This document shows, piece after piece, positions 48,749 through 60,573 of a stretch of 64,000 nucleotides of DNA. The translations under genes were made by a program, and so were the position numbers. The notes under the pieces were generated by a model that did no database searches, was not told the origin of the DNA, and saw only the letters and a program-made list of their open reading frames with translations. Numbering within the stretch: position 1 is the stretch's first letter; each line of letters starts with the position of its first letter. The DNA is from Isurus oxyrinchus. Its lineage: Eukaryota. Location of the stretch: positions 2,294,001-2,358,000 of the forward strand of contig JANJGN010000036.1 of NCBI GenBank assembly GCA_026770705.1, given 5' to 3'.

Positions 48749-51700
48749 ATGAGATACCTCGGTGTGTGTGCATTGTCCCATCTCTTCCAGGGTAAGATAT
48801 CCTAACATTTTCAGATAGAGTGAAGGAGGGTTGGGATAGAGTAAATAAGGAGAAAATCGTTCCACTGGCAGGAGGGTCGGTAACCAGAGGGACACAGATT
48901 GAGGAGAAGAGAGCGTTTCAGGTAAATCATTAGAGAAAGTTATAATCACTTGAACAAAATAAATTGCACAACTTCAGCGGAAAATAAGAAATAGCGAAGG
49001 GTGAATGAGAGAAAAATTTTAAAAATTGGGAATTTTAAGTCATTAACTTCAGGCAGTTCCCATGTGCGTACCCCAGTAAATAAAACATAATTGCTGGTGA
49101 ATGGACTCGTACAGTGTCTTTGGAACGACAGGGGAAAACAATGCAAACAATCGCTTAATCAGCCCTATTTTAATTGTGTGCGGGTGCAATTTTACCATAT
49201 GGACTATTTTTAAATAAACGATTCTGCTTCTCCATATCGGGGTGCATTCGCCGGTGTGTGTCTTCGGGGGAGACGGGTTGGGGGTGCGGGGTGACGGGCT
49301 GCACAATACCCTGAGATGACTCTTTTTTATTTCTCTCTTGCTCAGTTATTGTGTCTCATCGTCTCTTGTCTCAGTCTCCGCCGGTTCAGACAATCACTGC
49401 GGGAAGTCGCGCTAAACTGAGTTGTCACACGGAGAGGTCCAAACCTGGGTTCATCTTCTGGTACAGACAGCGGGAGCGAAACGACATGAAGCTGGTTTAC
49501 ACAGCGCATAAGTTCAGCGCAGCAGAGGGGAGGTTTTCCCGCGAGATTTCTGACAAAGCGAGTTGTTATTCACTGCTCATTGCGGATACCCGGAGAAATG
49601 ACTCTGGAATGTATTACTGTGCCATCCGCAATTACCAGAACAGAGCCTTAACATTCGGAAATGGATCCCAGTTAGTGATTACAGGTAAATTTCGTCATTA
49701 TTCCGTCGCTTTTGGCATTTCTACAGCAATTAAAAGTCTCTGGTTTAAACTGTTAATCGTTTGTCCGTTTCGTTTGCCACATTTAGAGGGCTCCCCGACC
49801 ATTTTCCTCCTCACCTCGCCAGAGGATGAGATTCCTTCGGTGGAAAGGGTCCTGTTGTGTTTGATCATAGGCTTGTCTCACGATTCCTTTTCCGTCCGCT
49901 GGAATATATCCGGGCGGGATACCAAGGGAAAGACCGATTCCGGGACAATTGAGACGGACGGGACCTACACCATCAGGAGTTACACCAGCCTCTCGGCGGA
50001 AACTTGGAGCAGCGGCGTTCTCTGTACTTGCGGCGTTCAAATCAACTCCAGTGAAAATCTTCTCAGTGCAAGTGTCTCATCTCAGAGAGGTAGCTGCTAA
50101 CAGTGACCGTTTACCTACCTATTTATTGCTGATGGGAGGCTTTGACAATTTTGTAAATTAGGATTATACATCTTTCCGTGTGAGTCCATGCATCACCATT
50201 TTATAATTGACCTATCACAGATCTCTCAATGTTTCGGAGTTTAGCTTTCTGAAATTTTAACTCCACCTGTTTTCTCTACCCCAGGGAGCGAGTGTTGCTC
50301 AGTCACTGAGATAGATATTTGTACACTAAGGGAATATTGGATCCGGGTAGTGTGGGTAATGTGAAGTTGATGTACAATATTAACCATGGTCTTATTGAAT
50401 GGCGGATACCCTTCTGGGATCAAACATCTCCTGCTCCTATTTCCTGTGTTCTTGTGTTTGGCTCGGCATATTGACATGGTTGCATGCCAGTGGATGACTT
50501 GTCAATGTGAATAATTGCAAGGTTTGATTGCAGTCCCAGCGTACCACTCTGTCTCACCATGCCTGTGTATAATTACCTATTCATCTCTCTATCTACCTAA
50601 CATCACAGTGTTTATGTCTGTCTTAGTTAAACAATGAGGTATACAGTATCTTCTCCAACTGCGCGTCTGTCTGTTTATCTGTCTTTCCATCTGTCTCGCT
50701 CTCTATCAATCAATCCATTTCTGTCCTACTGCTGTCTAAGATATCTGTTTTCCTATTTTTCTGCCTCTCTGGCTGTTTCTGTTTCTGAACTGATCTCTCC
50801 ACAACTCCCATTCTCTCTCCGTTTCTCACAGTCCCTCTCATTCTTAGTCTATTACTTTCTCCCTGTCTCGCACTCTGTCTTTATGCTTTGAAACATGTAT
50901 TGAACTCTCTATCTCACTCTCCCTTTGTTTATGTTGTCCATTTCTATCCTAGTTAAACGGTGCGTTATAAGACATCTGGGACATTCATCTATCTTTCTAT
51001 CCCTCGATCTGTCTCCAAAACTTTCTCTGTTTCCCTCTGTCTGCATCTTGTTCTCTGCCTCTCTCTCTCTCTCTTTGTCTCTACCTCGCTCTCTCTTTCT
51101 ATCCTTTTCCATCCAGTTAAACAGTTTTGTGTTAGTTTGCTGCTTTATCTATCACACTCTCTTGATCTTTCTGACTCTATCTTTCTATATATCTCTCAGT
51201 CCATCTTTCCGCCCATTTCTCCATCCTTCTCTCCGCTCTTCTCTGTATCTTTCCATCATCACTCCAACGCCTCCCCCTCCTTATCTCCCCCATCTCTCCA
51301 ACCCCTCCTCTCTCTTCATCTCTCCCACACCTCCTTTTTCACACTCTCCCTCCCTATCTTTCTGCCTATCCCTGATCTCTCCATCTCTCGTCCACTCTCC
51401 CCATCACTCCCTCTCTCCCCATTTCTCCCTCCCCGTCTCTCCTTATCTCTCCCTCTCTCAAAATCTCCGTCTCCCCTATCTACTATCTCTCACTCTCTCC
51501 CATCTACCCCTCTCCTCCTCTCTCCCCAAATGTCATTTTCCCCAGCATCTCTCCCTCTCTCCCCATATCTCCCTTTCTCCCTGTCTCTCAATCATTTCTC
51601 CCTTTCTACCCATCTTTCCTCTCTCGTTCTCTAATCCCTCTTATCCACGTTACCAGCCTCTCCAACTATTTATCACTTCTTTCAACCTAGTTAAACAGTT

Positions 51701-53271
51701 TTGTATCAGTGACCTACTCTCTCGAGCACTGTCCATTTCTCTCCGGTTTAACATTTCTGTGCTATTAAAACAGAGCTCCATACATTTCTCTCTGTCATTC
51801 TCCCTCTATCTCTCTCTTGTTATCTCTCTATGTTTCAACGATTTAAATAGTGCTCCATAAGATCTTTGCCCTCTCTCTCTCTTGATTTCCCTCTCTATTT
51901 CTGTCTCCGATTAACAGTGCTCTATCTATTACTCTGTCTCTCAGTGTTCTATTCAAACAGGGCTATATATGATAGCTGCTCTCACATGCTATCAATTTGT
52001 CATTCTCTTCCGCTATCCCTTCTGCCTCTTTCTTTCTCTTCCAACTACTGTCCGGTCTCGCAGTTGTTCTATAAGATCTCTGCTCTATTTTCAGGAAGAT
52101 GAAATATGGAAAAATCTATTTCAGTTTTCGGGTGAAATTGCAAATTCAGGTTTGTCATGTTTTTCACTTGTTTAATTAATTCCACAAAATTTATTTTCAA
52201 TGAAAGCTTTTTTGCAGATTCTCCGCTACCTGCCACCTGCAGTTTTCCTCTTTTATGGAGTTTGTCGGCGGTGGCGCTTCTCGTTCTGGGGATGATCCTT
52301 GTGGCCGGAGAAAGGAGCTGCAGGAACCAGCAGACAGGTAGAGATTGTTGGGGGGACGCTGTAACTCCACAGCGCTCTCAATACATCCGTTTCTCAATGC
52401 GTTCTTGACACTTTCAGCCGGTTCAGTCTGAAATGGAGCCATTTGTGTTCAGTGTGAAATGTAGCCATTGATGCTCAGTTCAAATTTTCCTTTCTAACAG
52501 GCTACATGAACAATGATCAGGAACTGACAGACTCCAGAGCACACCGACAGAATGAAGAGGTAAAAGAATGGAACTGTTGTTGCCACCACACGTGATTGTG
52601 TTTCACTGGTTTTTTATCTAAGCTTTAACATTCATCATTATTGTTGTAAGAGTCAGGAAAACATTGCGTCATGTGTACTACGGGATGGCAGAAATTAGGC
52701 TTCAATCCGTCTCATGGTGGAGATTGAGGGATAATCTAATTGCGCGGTTTAAGGTGATAAAAGGACACCACAGTGTCAATAGAGAGAAACTATCTGCTCC
52801 GGTGGCGAGGTGGGTGGGGGCAGCTTGGTACAGGGAGTAGCGTGAGGTTGGGATGGGGTGGAGGGGGGAGGGTTGGCGGTGGTGGCTAGAGTCCAGGTCT
52901 CAGAACCTTAAAATTAGAGCCAGGTCGTTCAGAGGTGATGTCAGGAAACAGTTAGGCACACAAAGTCGAGTGGAAACCTGGAACTCTCTCCTTTCAAAAG
53001 CTGTTGTGGCTGAGGTGCCAATTGGAAATGTCAAAATTGAGATGGACAGATGTTTGTTTGGTACAAGGATTAAGAATTAAGGAACCAAGGTGGGTAGATG
53101 GGAGTTATGGTACAGATCCGCCATGATCTAACTGAATAGACTTGAGAGTTTGAATGTCCTCCTCCTATACCTATAATGATGTTGTTTGTTATATTTATAT
53201 ATTCGGTTTTTATTGTTTCTCCACAGACACTTTATGCCCGCTTGGCCTTTAAGGAGAATCCCAAACTCTGA
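48749..53271 (+). CDS. Gene A3: intact VJ-C1-TM-cytoplasmic IgSF gene with TxYxxL (ITIM/ITSM-like) motif, 302 aa
   Basis: Leader 48749-48791 (MRYLGVCALSHLFQ), VJ 49346-49684, C1 49787-50089, TM 52218-52337, cyt1 52501-52559 (GYMNNDQELTDSRAHRQNEE), cyt2 53227-53271 (TLYARLAFKENPKL*). The sum is 909 nt, in frame. Confidence 0.82.
49346..49684 (+). CDS. A3 VJ exon
   Basis: LSQSP...KLSC...FWYRQ...EGRFS...DSGMYYC...LTFGNGSQLVIT. 339 nt, AG/GT. Confidence 0.92.
49787..50089 (+). CDS. A3 C1 exon
   Basis: PTIFLLTSPEDE...LLCLIIG...VRWNISG...DGTYTIRSY...ETWSSG..CTCGV. 303 nt. Confidence 0.92.
50900..52030. repeat. CT-rich low-complexity tract (A3 intron)
   Basis: Polypyrimidine degenerate microsatellite. 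Confidence 0.85.
52218..52337 (+). CDS. A3 stalk/TM exon
   Basis: tttgcag|DSPLPATCSFPLLWSLSAVALLVLGMILVAGERSCRNQQT|gt. 120 nt. Confidence 0.8.
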
Positions 53272-53818
53272 TTGGAGTGCTCAGTCTGCTTCCCGAACAT
53301 GACATATTCTGGAAAGTTTCCTCTGTTGAGCGAGACAGACCGAAATTCCAACAGGCACAAATTCAGGCGCATTCTCGGCATAATTTTGTGATTTCGCCCA
53401 TAGGGGACCCGGAACTATCACTTAATGCCCGCTACTCTAACGATGAAATATCGCCTGCAGTTGCATTCCAGCCTCTCCAGGTTTCTGTTATTTTATTATT
53501 GAATTCTGCACCTTTATACAGTATGTGAGCAACATATTATTCAAATAGGTTTTGCCATGTATCTGTGCTCGAGTTACCTACATATTAAAACAAATTTGAA
53601 TACCAATGACTGCTCTGCGTTTCGAGTTTTTTTGATCATTCACACCAGATGCACACAGAGTATCTCTGAAGGCAATTAACAAAGTCATTTACAGAGCGAA
53701 CGTAAGGAAGATAGAGATAAGGTTAAGGGATTTGGGCTGCTTTGAAATGAAAGCTGCAGTGTTATTGGACCCCGAGCCTACACTGGTTGTGTCCTGGGAG
53801 TGAACAACGTTATATTTA

Positions 53819-54059
53819 AAACAAAAACAGAATTACCTGGAAAAACTCAGCAGGTCTGGCAGCATCGGCGGAGAAGAAAAGAGTTGACGTTTCGAGTCCT
53901 CATGACCCTTCGACAGAACTTGATTTCGAGTCCAAGAAAGAGTTGAAATATAAGCTGGTTTAAGGTGTGTGTGTTGGGGGCGGAGAGATACAGAGAGAGA
54001 GAGGTGGTTGTGTAGACAAACAAGCAGTGATAGAAGCAGATCATCAAAAGATGTCAGTG
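53819..54059 (-). mobile_element. Young Penelope terminal fragment
   Basis: 15-bp target-site duplication ACAACGTTATATTTA at 53804-53818 and 54060-54074; nearly identical to 63727-63961. Confidence 0.82.
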
Positions 54060-56307
54060 ACAACGTTATATTTACTTTTGAAAGAAAGATATTGACAATC
54101 AATACGCCCTTTTGACAATACAGCTGAGTGGATTTTACCTACATAAATCACTAGTTCGCAGACACTTAAAGCACGGCAAGAGGCCATTTGGCCTGCACCC
54201 AGAGCCAGCTCTTTGAATGAGCACTTTCGCCCAAACACCAAATGTCTCCTCATGACTCTTAGAATTAGTCCGCTTCTAGTAAACCTCCCAGTAAATGTTA
54301 CATCTGTTGCGCTTACAGTGCAACTCATCCGCTGTGACTGAAAGCAGCTTGCTGGCGATGTTAATAGTTCAGAAGCGTGAAATCAATTCTCACCTCACAT
54401 TAGAAGATTAGTCAAACGTGAGTTTGAGATGCTATTTCACTGGGCTGGTGTGATATATTTCCATGACAATCATAACTATTAAAAAGCTGGCCTGGAAACC
54501 CTAGATGTGCTGATTACCGGATAATTTTGTTGGCGATTAAAATCTGATCCGCAGAACCCCTTGTGATTCCTGTTGTGAACGGATGGAAACATTCCCAAAT
54601 CAGCACCGGCTTATTCTAATATAAAGAGACATTCTGCACATATACTTCGAGTGTATTTGGGGACAATTATTACAGGAAGTAGATGGAAAAGGGCATTTTG
54701 CTAATCAGAGTGCATACATCCAGCAAGGTCTTTCCTCCTCAAACTGCGGTAAAACAACCGTTGCTTAAAAGAAAAAAAAAATCAGGGGTTTCGCAACCGC
54801 CTCCCTATTGTCCCCAAGCAGAGAATCAATCTTACTGCTGATCACTCTGTGTGTCATAGACCTCCAGGCATCAGTCCTCTCAATATCCTGAATGTTTATT
54901 CCGACAGGCGCTTAGGAGAAGGGGATGACAATTCATTTCCTCTCTTGGATTCGACCTGGCATTCAATCGGATGGTGGCTGAAGTTAGGAAACAGAGATAG
55001 TTTAAGTAAGTTATATGTGTATTTGGGTGTGTTAAGTCTATACAGTTTATGATTAAGTTTAATTTTTATTCATACTGTTTTCTAATTGTGGATTGAAAGG
55101 TACAACCTGGGATCTAGTTACATTTTTGAGTGTAGGCAGCAAGTTTAAAGCTCTGTTTGTATACTTACATTTCTAATGGTTTTTATGACTCTTGAAGAGA
55201 AGACAAATCAAACACAAGAGCAGAAAATGATTGTGCTGTTGCCTCGCAACCGAGATGTAGAGACGGTGGCCCCACTCACACAGCCATACACATACATACA
55301 CACACACATATATAGAGAGAAAAAAGCAGCAGTCTGAGTTCACTTGAAAACAGCAGCCAGTGAGAGGATGGAGAGCAGAGGGACAGAGAGCAAGCCCAAA
55401 ACCGAAGCTCAGTCATTGTGTATGTTTAAGGTAAAGATTGATATTTTTTCTGATTAACAGTTAATTAAATGGAGATGGAGATTGTATGGGTAAAATGCAT
55501 TGACATGTTTGATCAGCTATGATCATATCGATTAGAGGAAAAGGCTCGATGGCCTGAATGGTCTTCTCCTGTTCTGATATTCTCTGGGAGGAGGATCATG
55601 TGGAGGTGAACGAACGGCACAGAGCAGGCGGCCTTAGCTCCGCTGATCCACAGGAGTAATTCTGACAGAACGAGAGAGGAAGGGAGAGCGATTTTGAGTA
55701 AAACTGTTCCTGAAACATTACCATCTGATTCCAGGTTTCTTCAATCTGGTGTGCTTATGTTGAGAACAGAATAAATTAATCTGTTCGCGATGAATTAAAC
55801 AGCACACTAGTAATTAGGTTTTTTTTCCCGCCTTCACGCGAATATCATAAACAGCAATATTGTTGAATTCAGCATCATTATCTTTTGGCCTCAGTTTGAC
55901 CCAGTCTGGACTGCGCACCACCTGTGATGCGTGTTTTCCATGATCTGTCGCATGTTGTCCTTTGCAGGCAGAGCCGTGTGTGGTCTCCAAAGCTATAAAC
56001 AGGAAACCCTCAGCTAAAACTTACACGCGCTGCTTTTTCCACTGAGTGTATATGTGTGTGTGGGCCGGGGGCGGAGGTGGAGGGAGGGGGGGTGGGGTGC
56101 GGTTTAAACCCCTGTGTCCCTGCGGCCCATGTTTATCATGCGAACAACATCATTAAAGGCATGATCTGTGTCACAAACACATTCTTATTTGTGGGCCTTG
56201 CTCTGCGCAGTTACCGCTGCCGCACTGTTCTAGTTGCTTCTTCATAGGAAGAATTTTCCCTCTCCCGGTCATGACAGAACCCAGGGTGTTGACTTTGTAC
56301 CTCTCGG

Positions 56308-56735
56308 TTAGTGTATCTCAGGCTGTTTTGTCCCAGGCTCCGGTGGATCATAATCTCTTGCTTGGAAGTACGAACAAGGTGCATTGTGAGACGGTTTAGT
56401 TGGCGGTGCTGTTGTGGGGACGGGGGCGGGGGTGCTGATGGGGAGGGGGAGGGGGCAGGGGCGGTGCTGCAGAGGGTGCGGGGGCGATGCTAAGGAGGGG
56501 GAGGGTGCGGGGGCGGTGCTGGGGAGAGAGAAGGGCGGGGGCAGTGCTGCGGAGGGTGCGGGGACGGTGCTAAGGAGGGGGAGGGTGCGGGGGTGGTGGG
56601 GGAGGGGGCTGGTGCGATCCCCTGGTATATACCTGTTCCATCTGCCATTGGTTTATACCGTGACAGAATACAACCATCTAACAAGGGTATTTTCGGAGGA
56701 AGTTAGCGGCACAGGCAGTCTCTATTCTCTGATCA
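56308..56735 (+). pseudogene. Gene C3 V-exon remnant
   Basis: Aligns to about 10263-10495. The acceptor AG is changed to GG, there is an internal G-rich expansion, and the 3' V and C1 are deleted. Confidence 0.72.
56415..56610. repeat. G-rich minisatellite expansion inside the C3 V remnant
   Basis: Repeated GGGG(G/A)CGGTGCT...GGAGGGTGCG units replacing a short G-run seen at about 10368 and 35140. Confidence 0.75.
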
Positions 56736-59700
56736 TGTGCCTATGTATAATTTCTGACCCCTTACTCCAGTCTCATGTATCTCATTGTTTCAGTGTTTAG
56801 CTTTCTGAATTTTTAAGTCTAACAGTCTGTTTGGCGTAAAAGCGAATGGAGGGAGATATGTTGTGTGACATTTCAATGATTAAATTAAAATTTAATTTTC
56901 TGTTTACCAATTTTTCTCCCGATTCCTCTATATCATCACCTGTACTCCATTGAGCTTCCAGCACGGAAACAGTGCATTAGGCCCTTTTACTTGATGCTGG
57001 TGTTGCTGTTCCACACGAGCCTCCTCCCACCTCCTCCTCATCTCCCCCCATAAACATATTCTACTACTCCATTCTCACTCAGCTTCGCCCATAAATCCAT
57101 CTCTGCAAATGATCTGAACAACTCCCTGTGGGAGCGAGTTCCACATTCTCCACACTCTCTGAGTTAAAAGATTTCTCCTGAATTCGCGATTGCGATTTTT
57201 GGTGATTACCTGATTTGATGGCTTCGAGCTCTGGACTCCCCCAACAAGCACAAACACCTTGTCTACGCCTGTATGAAAAATCCTTTCATAATCTCAAATT
57301 TCTCAGGTCACCCCCCAGTCTTCTCTTTCCTTGAGAATTGAAGACAACCTGTTCAAATTTTCCTGACTGTTACAGCCTTTGAGTTTGGAATGATTACAGT
57401 AAACTTTTTTTTCACCTTCCCATGTTTCTCTACATTCTTTTTTACATGATCTAAGGACTATAATCGTTCACAGCGACATACGTGTGCTCAGGCGAAGTTT
57501 TAATATCCGTTTAAAATATTTTTTTCTTCTTTTCATGCTTATTGATGTAGACATGTCCGCACTCTGGGCCTCTGATTTTTTTGACCTTATTAACCTATGA
57601 CACCAATTGCAATGATATTTGTGTCTGCACCTCAGAACCCTCTGCTCCTCTATTCAACTTAACTCTGATTTCCAAAGCGTGTGTAGCCGTCACCCCAGAC
57701 CTAAGCCCATCCCAAACCCCAATCTTTATCCTTCCAGGCAAAGCGGTCTCCATATAACTTTTCATCCAAGTCAAAGAAAGAAATTCGCCGGATAACTATA
57801 AACTACTTAGTCTTTCATGCGTGGCGGACAAACGCTTAGCATTAATTATTATAACTGGGATTGGTGAGCATTTCTGAATATATGGGTTAGTTACGGAAAG
57901 GCAGCACCGATTTGTAAAAGTGTCGTCATGCTGAACTGGACAGTTAAAGGGAAAGCAGCAGATAGAACGCGTATGGATTTCGAGCAGGTCTTCATGTGTT
58001 TAATTGAAATAATAACGCATCCAAGGTGAAGGAGGTGTAAGGAAGATCGATATAATTATAAATACAGACAAGGAGAAATGAGTATTCCTCATGGTGAGGG
58101 ATGGTTGGAGGTGTTGCATTCCAGTTTGGTCTTTGGGACAAGTTTGGAATTGATGTAAGAATGTGGAGAGAGAAGTGGGTGAAGATATAAAAACTTCGAC
58201 TTAATTTACCAAATAGTCAGCAGAAAGATGGAGGCCTTCATTGCCTCAGTCTGTGCACGACACTGTGCTGGACATTATTCACTATTTCCATCATTTTATT
58301 TTGTTTTAATAAATGTGTATATGCATTTATCATGCGCTACCTGGCTTCGTTATGCTTATCTATCTATCTATATATTTATCCTACTATCTGTGTAACTGTC
58401 TATGTATGTATGCATGTAATTATCTATCTGTCTACCTGTCCGTCCCTCTCTCTCTCTATGTGCCTGTCTGCCTGCCTGACTATCTTTCAGTCTACCTATC
58501 TAGCTTTCTATCTGGCTGCCTATCTATCTTGTCTATATCTCTCCGTCNNNNNNNNNNNNNNNNNNNNNNNNNNNNNNNNNNNNNNNNNNNNNNNNNNNNN
58601 NNNNNNNNNNNNNNNNNNNNNNNNNNNNNNNNNNNNNNNNNNNNNNNNNNNNNNNNNNNNNNNNNNNNNNNNNNNNNNNNNNNNNNNNNNNNNCGACTAA
58701 AGAATCCTAATATTGTACACAAAGCGAATGAAACCCGACTGGAGTTTGGGAACAAAATGCAAAGGAGCATGTAGAGGAGAAAGTGCTTCGTACTGAAGGA
58801 AGAATATTTGCAATGTGATCAGCTTCTATGCTTGCTAATGCCCATCTCAAGAGAATTTCTATTTCCCTTCGCCATGCTACTTTCATTCTGCTGGCAATCC
58901 AGTCCGACGCCCGATCAGAGGGAGCTGCCACACGGCCTGTTCACTGTTTCCTCATTCAGCTTTTTAATAGGATCCTAAGCTATGGAAATATCAACTGTGG
59001 GCAATGTTAGGAATCCTCCGCCATTCCCCAACAATTACAGTGTCTGTGTATGGGGTGTGCACATGTGCTCCACCCACACCCTCAGGGGAGGCCCATGAAT
59101 CTTTTCGGCTTGGGTCATGCCCTTGGTCCCCCTGATGATTCTTAAAACCCAGATCCCATCATTTCTGAGAACATCATAAAGCGAGTGACGAGCTTCAGAA
59201 AAAATACCAACCACAAATTCTACCTTGTCCATTGACCAGAGGTTGTCCCCATGCTCACAAGTTGCATGTTCAACCATGAGGCTGAGTCAATATTTAAACG
59301 ATATGACTGCTGGTTGAAGCGAAACTGTCTATTTCAGTCCAGACACCCAAGGCTTGCTTCGAACAGCCTTTCCGCTCCCATCATGGGTGAAGATCCGACG
59401 TGTCATGCTCATCACTGAACTCAGCATCCTGCACTTACCCCTAATCCATTTACTGGCTACTGACTGCTGTCTCCAAAATGTTGGCTGCTCTTACCCCTGG
59501 ATCCCAAATCCCTGATCCAGAATACCTTACCTCGATGCTGAGTTTCAATAGCGCTCTTCCTACCAAGTGAACCACTTCCTTCTTCCTTAAGCACAATCCA
59601 TCCCGAACGATAGCGCCCAAATTATTAACAGAACAAAGACAAACCCCTTCTGCCTTCTGGACAAGTTCCATTGCTTTCGAGTATTCCTGCGAATTGATCT

Positions 59701-60392
59701 GAGAACTCTTGCCAGTCCCTGACAATCACGTTGTGCATGAACCGCTGACTATCACAGCGGCCTCCCACACCTATCAAACTATTAGTGTGTATTCTCCACT
59801 CCTCTCTCAGGCAATGTGTTGCAACATGTCCCCACAACATTCCATGCTCCATCCGCTGCGCCAGCACCCCAAACCATGCAAGCAGCCACACCCAAACCGT
59901 CTGGGGAACATCCAGACCTCCATCAGCTCCCAACTCAAAATTGCCCGCAAGTCCCAAGTCTTTCCCTCTCCTTAGGAGTGCACCATGCTAGTATTCTTCG
60001 CCATTTCCTTTCCCAGGGTCAGGCCTGAAGAATGGGATGTTTCACGGTCATTCTCCGGGAGTGTGCGTAAGGCATCCTGTTCACTGGGCATGGTAGTGTA
60101 CGTGGATTAAATGATCGATTAAGGCTACAGTAAGCCAATCAGCATAATTTGAACAAAGAAGGATCTCGCCACAATAAATAAAAATCTGCCGTTGTTCAAA
60201 GGGGGATTATATTTTCAGCTGGTGTATTAGATTGAAGGACTGCATCAGTTCGAGTAGCTGTTTGAGTGTGAAGAAGGGTATAATTTTGTGGGATTTCATT
60301 ATCTTGAGGAGTTTTATCAGATAGACAGCTAATTCAGATTAACCCTGTGGTTCAAAAACACGAATTCCACAATCCAACATTTGGAATTGACT

Positions 60393-60573
60393 AAATAAAA
60401 ACAAAAAACTGCGATGGCTGGAAATCCAAAACAAAGACAGAATGACCTGGAAAAACGCAGCATGTCTGGGACCATCGGCGGAGAAGAAAAGAGTTGACAT
60501 TTCGAGTCTTCATGACCCTTCAACAGGATTCTGCCAGACCTGCTGAGTTTTTCCAGGTAATTCTGTTTTTGAT
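60393..60573. mobile_element. Penelope terminal fragment with short inverted arm
   Basis: Same family sequence, flanked by TTG(G/A)AATTGACT at 60381-60392 and 60574-60585. Confidence 0.72.

Larger units (their letters stand above)
1..58547. repeat. Three tandem segmental duplicates of a B(-)/A(+)/C(+) cassette (units about 1-15900, 15950-40740, 40745-58547)
   Basis: Colinear homologous anchors: about 140/20000/44095; 1600/24924/48749; 9720/34480/55925; 15972/40743. Confidence 0.9.
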
